DNA of 64,000 nucleotides from the sequence record PP359696.1. The stretch is one strand, 5' to 3'. A program made the translations under genes and the position numbers. The DNA is from Escherichia phage Ge15. The notes under the pieces were generated by a model, which saw only the letters and a program-made list of their open reading frames with translations, made no database searches and was not told the origin of the DNA. This document shows, piece after piece, positions 10,738 through 18,045 of this stretch (the stretch's first letter is position 1; each line of letters starts with the position of its first letter).

Positions 10738-11597
10738 AGCCTACTATTTTGACTGATATTGATGGAGTATGTTTAAGCTGGCAATCAGGCCTTCCTTATT
10801 TTGCTCAGAAATATAATCTTCCGTTAGAACATATTTTAAAAATGATCCAAGATGAGAAATTTATTTCTCCGGGTAAACTCTTTAATTGTGATGAAGAACT
10901 TGGTGTCAAGTTAATTGAAAAATATAATCGATCAGATTTTATTCGTTATTTGTCTCCATATAAAGATGCACTGTGTGTAATTAACAAATTAAAAGAAGAT
11001 TATAATTTTGTAGCTGTTACAGCATTGGGTGATTCTATTGACGCTCTGTTGAATCGTCAATTTAATTTGAATGCTCTTTTTCCTGGTGCCTTCTCAGAAG
11101 TAATGATGTGTGGTCATGATTCTTCAAAAGAAGAGTTATTCAAAAAGGCAAAAGAGAAATATAACGTAATTTGTTATATTGACGATCTCGCTCACCATTG
11201 CGATCATGCGAGTGAAATATTAAATGTTCCTGTTTATTGGATGGCGCGAGGAGAGCGTGACAATATTCCAAAAACCGCTCAGCGAGTTTATACATGGAAT
11301 GATGTAGAAAATAAGCTTTTTTCGCCGAAGGAAAATAAAGAAAGTTTTGATAATGAAAAAGCTATAAAAGATGTAATTGAGAAGATGGTTAAAAACGATT
11401 CTTTTCGTTGGAACACTACCTGGAGAACTCCTGGATTTAATCCGTATAATCCATATTATACACATCCATATAATCCATATTATACACACCCGTATCATAT
11501 GAATCCATTCCATACGTGGAGTTATACTAAGCCTGGTGATGCAGGGTATTTTAATAGATTTACTAGTGGTGATAATATTTTCCAAGGAGCATTCTAA
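10734..11597 (+). CDS. HAD-superfamily hydrolase-like protein with C-terminal Pro/Tyr-rich repeats (30.2 position)
   Basis: 287 aa; N-terminal HAD motif I ILTDIDGV; C-terminal NPYNPYYTHPYNPYYTHPY repeats; its last 366 bp lie inside the duplicated segment. Confidence 0.7.
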   Translation: MKPTILTDIDGVCLSWQSGLPYFAQKYNLPLEHILKMIQDEKFISPGKLFNCDEELGVKLIEKYNRSDFIRYLSPYKDALCVINKLKEDYNFVAVTALGDSIDALLNRQFNLNALFPGAFSEVMMCGHDSSKEELFKKAKEKYNVICYIDDLAHHCDHASEILNVPVYWMARGERDNIPKTAQRVYTWNDVENKLFSPKENKESFDNEKAIKDVIEKMVKNDSFRWNTTWRTPGFNPYNPYYTHPYNPYYTHPYHMNPFHTWSYTKPGDAGYFNRFTSGDNIFQGAF

Positions 11598-11644
11598 TGT
11601 TTGTCGTTCACACTATTTATGAAAATGAAGGTAATACTACACGT
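11232..11644. repeat. 413-bp direct repeat, copy 1 (3' part of 30.2 plus first 16 codons of 30.1)
   Basis: Identical by eye to 13617-14029; identity stops on both sides at sharp junctions. Confidence 0.9.
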
Positions 11645-11683
11645 CCGTATAATCCATATTATACACATCCATATAATCCATAA
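11597..11683 (+). pseudogene. Truncated 30.1 start fused to repeat-derived sequence
   Basis: MFVVHTIYENEGNTTR (identical to the start of ORF 13982) followed by PYNPYYTHPYNP and a stop; reading frame broken by the insertion junction at 11644/11645. Confidence 0.7.
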
Positions 11684-12108
11684 TTTAATCCGTATAATCC
11701 ATATTATACACATCCTATAAAAAATTAAAATTAACCACAATAAGCGAATTGATTAAAAATATTTATTGTTCATTATCCGTCAGTAATCATCCCGGGCAAA
11801 TGCCCGGGAATTATTCTAGGATTATTTTCTTTGTTAAAAAAGACAAACGGTATTAACTGATGTATTTACTATTTACCGCTCCCTGCAGGGGGGATTATCA
11901 GAATCCGCGGTTATTCATTATTTATATACATTCAATAAAAAAGTAACCTCATAAAAAATCCTGTACTCACAGGGTGATGCGGGATAACTGACGTAAGGAG
12001 TGCTGCAGGGATTTGATTAGACTGGCCCCCTGAATCTCCAGACAACCAATATCACTTAAATAAGTGATAGTCTTAATACTAGTTTTTAGACTAGTCATTG
12101 GAGAACAG

Positions 12109-12474
12109 ATGATTGATGTCTTAGGGCCGGAGAAACGCAGACGGCGTACCACACAGGAAAAGATCGCAATTGTTCAGCAGAGCTTTGAACCGGGGATGAC
12201 GGTCTCCCTCGTTGCCCGGCAACATGGTGTAGCAGCCAGCCAGTTATTTCTCTGGCGTAAGCAATACCAGGAAGGAAGTCTTACTGCTGTCGCCGCCGGA
12301 GAACAGGTTGTTCCTGCCTCTGAACTTGCTGCCGCCATGAAGCAGATTAAAGAACTCCAGCGCCTGCTCGGCAAGAAAACGATGGAAAATGAACTCCTCA
12401 AAGAAGCCGTTGAATATGGACGGGCAAAAAAGTGGATAGCGCACGCGCCCTTATTGCCCGGGGATGGGGAGTAA
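12109..12474 (+). CDS. insC: IS2 OrfA (InsC) transposase DNA-binding subunit
   Basis: 121 aa [56 protein letters not shown]...; A6G slippery motif near the 3' end. Confidence 0.9.
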
Positions 12475-12480
12475 GCTTAG

Positions 12481-13143
12481 TCAGCCGTTGTCTCCGGGTG
12501 TGCCAAACGTGTTTACCGGATCATGCGCCAGAATGCGCTGTTGCTTGAGCGAAAACCTGCTGTACCGCCATCGAAACGGGCACATACAGGCAGAGTGGCC
12601 GTGAAAGAAAGCAATCAGCGATGGTGCTCTGACGGGTTCGAGTTCTGCTGTGATAACGGAGAGAGACTGCGTGTCACGTTCGCGCTGGACTGCTGTGATC
12701 GTGAGGCACTGCACTGGGCGGTCACTACCGGCGGCTTCAACAGTGAAACAGTACAGGACGTCATGCTGGGAGCGGTGGAACGCCGCTTCGGCAACGATCT
12801 TCCGTCGTCTCCAGTGGAGTGGCTGACGGATAATGGTTCATGCTACCGGGCTAATGAAACACGCCAGTTCGCCCGGATGTTGGGACTTGAACCGAAGAAC
12901 ACGGCGGTGCGGAGTCCGGAGAGTAACGGAATAGCAGAGAGCTTCGTGAAAACGATAAAGCGTGACTACATCAGTATCATGCCCAAACCAGACGGGTTAA
13001 CGGCAGCAAAGAACCTTGCAGAGGCGTTCGAGCATTATAACGAATGGCATCCGCATAGTGCGCTGGGTTATCGCTCGCCACGGGAATATCTGCGGCAGCG
13101 GGCTTGTAATGGGTTAAGTGATAACAGATGTCTGGAAATATAG
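12481..13143 (+). pseudogene. insD: IS2 OrfB (InsD) catalytic region, N-terminally truncated and out of the frameshift frame
   Basis: Open frame contains ...[41 protein letters not shown]...[12 protein letters not shown]; opens only after a TAG at 12478-12480 and is in the same phase as orfA instead of -1. Confidence 0.8.
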
Positions 13144-13616
13144 GGGCAAATCCAATAAACAATTGGAATTTACTTCCATTGATCTGTTTACTCAGTGGTT
13201 GTCACTTTTATCGAGAAAGGTTTGCAGAACGCGGGTTTTTTTATAAGGTTCCTGATGTACTGAGGGATTATTTATCAGCTATACCGCTGGAAATAAATGA
13301 AAAGGCACGATACAAACCCGGCATCGCTAACTATCACAATATCATCACATGTGGTTTTTCAACGTTGTTACCCTATATAAGGCACGGCACCATGACAAAT
13401 ACGGGTATTCGCGCCGATAACAACTTCACCTGCAGTTTCATCAATAATTACCTGGTCTGCAATCTGAATATTTTTCTCTTTAACATTAAGCTTCAGATAG
13501 TTTTTCAGTTCCTGTGACAGAAGGTTGGGAATAAGCGGTTGACGCTTCCACCAGTGCGGAATAGCGGGTGGGTTTGTCGCGCTGAGGTTCGCGTCCAGTA
13601 AAAAAGGCAATAAGTC

Positions 13617-14029
13617 GTTTATTGGATGGCGCGAGGAGAGCGTGACAATATTCCAAAAACCGCTCAGCGAGTTTATACATGGAATGATGTAGAAAATAAG
13701 CTTTTTTCGCCGAAGGAAAATAAAGAAAGTTTTGATAATGAAAAAGCTATAAAAGATGTAATTGAGAAGATGGTTAAAAACGATTCTTTTCGTTGGAACA
13801 CTACCTGGAGAACTCCTGGATTTAATCCGTATAATCCATATTATACACATCCATATAATCCATATTATACACACCCGTATCATATGAATCCATTCCATAC
13901 GTGGAGTTATACTAAGCCTGGTGATGCAGGGTATTTTAATAGATTTACTAGTGGTGATAATATTTTCCAAGGAGCATTCTAATGTTTGTCGTTCACACTA
14001 TTTATGAAAATGAAGGTAATACTACACGT
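13617..14029. repeat. 413-bp direct repeat, copy 2
   Basis: Identical by eye to 11232-11644. Confidence 0.9.
13626..13982 (+). pseudogene. 5'-truncated duplicate of the 30.2 3' region
   Basis: Encodes the same 118 C-terminal residues as ORF 10734-11597 (MARGERDNIPKTAQRVYTW...); lacks the HAD N-terminal domain and its own expression signals. Confidence 0.75.
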
Positions 14030-14251
14030 GATTACGGTCACGTAAATCAATTTTTTAGATGCAATCCAGAATTCCGAGCTCAAAAAGACGAACGAATTTT
14101 TAAAAAATGTGTAGAGCAAGGTTTCATTTACGTCAAGCACTGGATGCAAGGAAATAAAGTTAGAACTACATATCATAAGTCTTTGCCTGAGCTTAATGAT
14201 GAATTGATTTATAATAGAGCTGTAAACCAAACTTTGAAGGATGAGCAATGA
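13982..14251 (+). CDS. Hypothetical protein (30.1 position)
   Basis: 89-aa ORF; start overlaps the stop of the upstream frame (TAATG). Confidence 0.6.
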   Translation: MFVVHTIYENEGNTTRDYGHVNQFFRCNPEFRAQKDERIFKKCVEQGFIYVKHWMQGNKVRTTYHKSLPELNDELIYNRAVNQTLKDEQ

Positions 14252-15711
14252 TTCTTAAAATTCTGAATGAAATAGCATCTATTGGATCAACTAAACAGAA
14301 GCAAGCAATTCTTGAAAAGAATAAAGATAATGAATTGCTTAAACGGGTATATCGTCTGACTTATTCTCGTGGGTTACAGTATTATATCAAGAAATGGCCT
14401 AAACCTGGTATTGCTACCCAGAGTTTTGGAATGCTGACTATTACCGATATGCTTGACTTCATTGAATTCACGTTAGCTACTCGGAAATTGACCGGAAATG
14501 CTGCAATTGAGGAATTGACTGGATATATCACCGATGGTAAAAAGGATGATGTTGAAGTTTTGCGTCGAGTGATGATGCGAGACCTTGAATGCGGTGCTTC
14601 AGTATCTATTGCAAACAAAGTTTGGCCAGGTTTAATTCCTGAACAACCTCAAATGCTGGCAAGTTCTTATGATGAAAAGGGCATTAGTAAGAATATCAAA
14701 TTTCCAGCCTTTGCACAGTTAAAAGCAGATGGAGCCCGGTGTTTTGCTGAAGTTAGAGGCGATGAATTAGATGATGTTCGTCTTTTATCACGAGCTGGTA
14801 ATGAATATCTAGGATTAGATCTTCTTAAGGAAGAATTAATCAAAATGACTGCTGAAGCCCGCCAGATTCATCCAGAAGGTGTGTTAATTGATGGCGAATT
14901 GGTATACCATGAGCAAGTTAAAAAGGAACCAGAAGGCCTAGATTTTCTTTTTGATGCTTATCCTGAAATTAGTAAAGCTAAAGAATTCGCCGAAGTAGCG
15001 GAATCTCGTACTGCTTCTAATGGAATCGCCAATAAATCCTTAAAAGGAACCATTTCCGAAAAAGAAGCCAAATGCATGAAGTTTCAGGTCTGGGATTATG
15101 TCCCGTTGGTAGAAATATACGGTCTTCCGGCGTTTCGTTTAAAATATGATGTACGTTTTTCTAAACTAGAACAAATGACATCAGGATATGATAAAGTAAT
15201 TTTAATTGAAAACCAGGTAGTAAATAACCTAGATGAAGCTAAGGTAATTTATAAAAAATATATTGACCAAGGTCTTGAAGGTATTATTCTCAAAAATACC
15301 GATGGATTGTGGGAAAATGCTCGTTCAAAAAATCTCTATAAATTTAAAGAAGTAATTGATGTTGATTTAAAAATTGTAGGAATTTATCCTCACCGTAAAG
15401 ACCCTACTAAAGCAGGTGGATTTATTCTTGAATCAGAGTGTGGAAAAATTAAAGTAAATGCTGGTTCAGGCTTAAAAGATAAAGCCGGTGTAAAATCACA
15501 TGAACTTGACCGTACTCGCATTATGGAAAACCAAAATTATTATATTGGAAAAATTCTAGAGTGCGAATGCAACGGTTGGCTAAAATCTGATGGCCGCACT
15601 GATTACGTAAAATTATTTCTTCCAATTGCGATTCGTTTACGTGAAGATAAAACTAAAGCTAATACATTCGAGGATGTATTTGGTGATTTTCATGAGGTAA
15701 CTGGTCTATGA
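14248..15711 (+). CDS. 30: ATP-dependent DNA ligase
   Basis: 487 aa; adenylation motif KADGAR (Lys159); near-identical to recalled T4 DNA ligase. Confidence 0.96.
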   Translation: MILKILNEIASIGSTKQKQAILEKNKDNELLKRVYRLTYSRGLQYYIKKWPKPGIATQSFGMLTITDMLDFIEFTLATRKLTGNAAIEELTGYITDGKKDDVEVLRRVMMRDLECGASVSIANKVWPGLIPEQPQMLASSYDEKGISKNIKFPAFAQLKADGARCFAEVRGDELDDVRLLSRAGNEYLGLDLLKEELIKMTAEARQIHPEGVLIDGELVYHEQVKKEPEGLDFLFDAYPEISKAKEFAEVAESRTASNGIANKSLKGTISEKEAKCMKFQVWDYVPLVEIYGLPAFRLKYDVRFSKLEQMTSGYDKVILIENQVVNNLDEAKVIYKKYIDQGLEGIILKNTDGLWENARSKNLYKFKEVIDVDLKIVGIYPHRKDPTKAGGFILESECGKIKVNAGSGLKDKAGVKSHELDRTRIMENQNYYIGKILECECNGWLKSDGRTDYVKLFLPIAIRLREDKTKANTFEDVFGDFHEVTGL

Positions 15712-15896
15712 AAGCTTACTTAGAAACAATTGTCGTTGCTCAAAAAGAAGGTGGAGATGTTTCTACTTCTGTATCACAAATTATGATTGAATTTATAGAT
15801 GCATATGCTTATAATAAATTCGCAGAAACATTTGATGCCTATGAAAAAGGTCCAAAGTTTGAAATATATCGTACTCTCTTACCAATAGATTATTAA
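15708..15896 (+). CDS. Hypothetical protein
   Basis: 62-aa ORF coupled to ligase stop; followed by hairpin. Confidence 0.5.
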   Translation: MKAYLETIVVAQKEGGDVSTSVSQIMIEFIDAYAYNKFAETFDAYEKGPKFEIYRTLLPIDY

Positions 15897-15917
15897 AGGC
15901 CTTCGGGCCTTTAATTT
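15897..15917 (+). terminator. Hairpin terminator
   Basis: aggcc-ttcg-ggcct followed by T-rich ttaatttt. Confidence 0.55.
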
Positions 15918-15925
15918 TATAAATA
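15918..15925 (+). promoter_or_regulatory. Late promoter TATAAATA upstream of alt
   Basis: Exact TATAAATA about 20 nt upstream of the alt ATG, then SD gagagg. Confidence 0.65.
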
Positions 15926-15945
15926 GAATAAACACTAGAGAGGAT

Positions 15946-18042
15946 ATGATGGAACTCATTACAGAATTATTTGACGAAGATACTACTCTTCCGATTACAA
16001 ACTTAAATCCAAAGAAGAAAATACCACAAATTTTTTCAGTTCATGTTGATGACGCAATTGAACAACCAGGCTTTCGTTTATGTACCTATACATCTGGAGG
16101 TGATACTAATCGCGATTTAAAGATGGGCGATAAAATGATGCATATTGTTCCTTTTACATTAACTGCTAAAGGTTCAATTGCTAAATTAAAAGGTCTCGGT
16201 CCAAGCCCAATTAATTACATCAATTCAGTTTTTACTGTTGCGATGCAGACGATGCGTCAGTATAAAATTGATGCCTGTATGCTTCGTATTCTTAAGTCTA
16301 AAACTGCTGGTCAAGCTCGTCAAATTCAACTTATTGCTGATAGACTTATCCGCAGTCGTTCAGGTGGCAGATACGTCCTTCTTAAGGAACTCTGGGATTA
16401 CGATAAAAAGTATGCATATATTCTTATACATCGCAAAAATGTATCACTAGAAGACATTCCAGGAGTTCCAGAAATTAGCACCGAGCTCTTTACTAAAGTT
16501 GAATCAAAGGTTGGTGATGTTTATATCAATAAAGATACTGGAGCTCAAGTAACTAAAAATGAGGCAATTGCTGCATCTATTGCGCAAGAAAACGATAAAC
16601 GTTCTGACCAAGCTGTAATCGTTAAAGTTAAAATTTCCCGTAGAGCAATTGCACAAAGTCAATCATTAGAATCTTCTAGATTTGAAAGTGAATTATTCCA
16701 AAAGTATGAATCTACCGCAGCTAATTTCAATAAACCTGCTACGGCTCCTTTAATTCCCGAAGCAGAAGAAATGAAGCTTGGAATTAATTCATTAGCTTCT
16801 AAAACTAAAGCAGCAAAAATTATTGCTGAAGGAACTGCAGATGAACTTCATTATGACTATAAATTCTTTTCAAAAAGTGAGGTTAATGAAGTTTCTGAAA
16901 AAATTAAAGATGTAATTCTTAATGCGATTAAAAATGAACCAACTACTTCAATAAAATGTTTAGAGAAATACGCAGCAGCTGTTAATCAATTATTTGAAGA
17001 ATATAAAGATAATTGGCTTGATAAACATAATAAAACCCGTAAAGGACAGCCAGATGAAGTCTGGGAAGAAATGACTAAAAATTCCTGGAACGCAGCAAAA
17101 ACTAAATTCCTCAAAAGAATGATTTACAGCTTTTCTGGAATTGGTGCAGGTCCAATGATTGATATTACTATTGCCCGTGATGGTTCTAAATATACTCCAT
17201 CACAAAAGCGTGGCATTAGAGAGTATTGCGGTTCAGGATATACTGACATCAATAATCTTCTTTTAGGACGCTACAATCCAGAACGATATGATGTAATGAG
17301 TGAAAAAGAAATTGAATCTGCTATAAATAACTTAGATTCAGCTTTTGAAAATGGTGACCGTATACCAGAAGGCATTACAGTTTATCGTGCTCAAAGCATG
17401 ACTGCTCCTATATACGAAGCACTAGTTAAAAATAAAGTGTTCTATTTCAGAAATTTTGTATCTACTTCTTTAACTCCTATCATTTTTGGACGTTTTGGAA
17501 TTACGCATACTGGTATTGGTCTTTTAGAACCAGAAGCTCGTAATGAATTGACAGTTGATAAAAATGAAGAAGGAATAACTATTAATCCAAGCGAAATAAG
17601 AGCGTATAAAGAAAATCCTGAATACGTTAAAGTTCAAATAGGATGGGCAATTGATGGAGCTCATAAAGTTAATGTTGTATATCCAGGAAGTCTCGGAATA
17701 GCAACAGAAGCTGAAGTTATTCTACCACGAGGATTGATGGTCAAAGTTAATAAAATAACTGATGCTTCTAATAATGACGGAACAACATCTAATAATACAA
17801 AACTCATTCAAGCTGAAGTTATGACTACGGAAGAACTCACCGAATCAGTCATTTATGACGGTGACCGTCTAATGGAAACTGGTGAAGTAGTTGCAATGAC
17901 AGGTGATATTGAAATAGAAGACAGAGTTGACTTTGCATCATTTGTTTCATCAAATGTTAAACAAAAAGTAGAATCATCTCTTGGAATTATTGCGTCTTGC
18001 ATAGATATTACAAACATGCCTTACAAGTTCGTTCAAGGATAA
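15946..18042 (+). CDS. alt: Alt-type mono-ADP-ribosyltransferase, packaged in the head (paralog 1)
   Basis: 698 aa; N-terminal MELITE|LF capsid-targeting/gp21-cleavage-type sequence; C-terminal R (VYRAQ), STS (FVSTSL) and ExE (EAEVILPRG) motifs. Confidence 0.85.
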   Translation: MMELITELFDEDTTLPITNLNPKKKIPQIFSVHVDDAIEQPGFRLCTYTSGGDTNRDLKMGDKMMHIVPFTLTAKGSIAKLKGLGPSPINYINSVFTVAMQTMRQYKIDACMLRILKSKTAGQARQIQLIADRLIRSRSGGRYVLLKELWDYDKKYAYILIHRKNVSLEDIPGVPEISTELFTKVESKVGDVYINKDTGAQVTKNEAIAASIAQENDKRSDQAVIVKVKISRRAIAQSQSLESSRFESELFQKYESTAANFNKPATAPLIPEAEEMKLGINSLASKTKAAKIIAEGTADELHYDYKFFSKSEVNEVSEKIKDVILNAIKNEPTTSIKCLEKYAAAVNQLFEEYKDNWLDKHNKTRKGQPDEVWEEMTKNSWNAAKTKFLKRMIYSFSGIGAGPMIDITIARDGSKYTPSQKRGIREYCGSGYTDINNLLLGRYNPERYDVMSEKEIESAINNLDSAFENGDRIPEGITVYRAQSMTAPIYEALVKNKVFYFRNFVSTSLTPIIFGRFGITHTGIGLLEPEARNELTVDKNEEGITINPSEIRAYKENPEYVKVQIGWAIDGAHKVNVVYPGSLGIATEAEVILPRGLMVKVNKITDASNNDGTTSNNTKLIQAEVMTTEELTESVIYDGDRLMETGEVVAMTGDIEIEDRVDFASFVSSNVKQKVESSLGIIASCIDITNMPYKFVQG

Positions 18043-18045
18043 ATC

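Larger units (their letters stand above)
12018..13154 (+). mobile_element. IS2 (IS3 family) insertion sequence, internally deleted copy
   Basis: Imperfect terminal inverted repeats TAGACTGGCCCCCTGAATCTCCAGACA... (left) and ...TGTCTGGAAATATAGGGGCAAATCCA (right); encodes InsC and the InsD catalytic region; 1137 bp versus the ~1331 bp I recall for IS2. Confidence 0.9.

Noticed and set aside
11790-11910. Cloning-vector polylinker (clustered SmaI/PstI/SacII-type sites)
   Set aside because: No recognisable vector backbone, replication origin or marker nearby, and the site order does not match any polylinker I know. Retained only as a note in the left-flank finding.
12064-12108. ORF-track start of IS2 orfA at 12064
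   Set aside because: The first 15 codons lie in the IS2 left inverted repeat region. The canonical InsC start is the Met at 12109 (MIDVLGPEK...).
13368-13970. 200-aa minus-strand ORF, and its twin at 11220-11585
   Set aside because: The shared N-terminal part is antisense to the duplicated 30.2 coding sequence and exists twice only because of the 413-bp repeat. The 13368-13970 frame is a chimera crossing the insertion junction at 13616. Only its host-like 3' portion (13368-13616) may be a real gene fragment.
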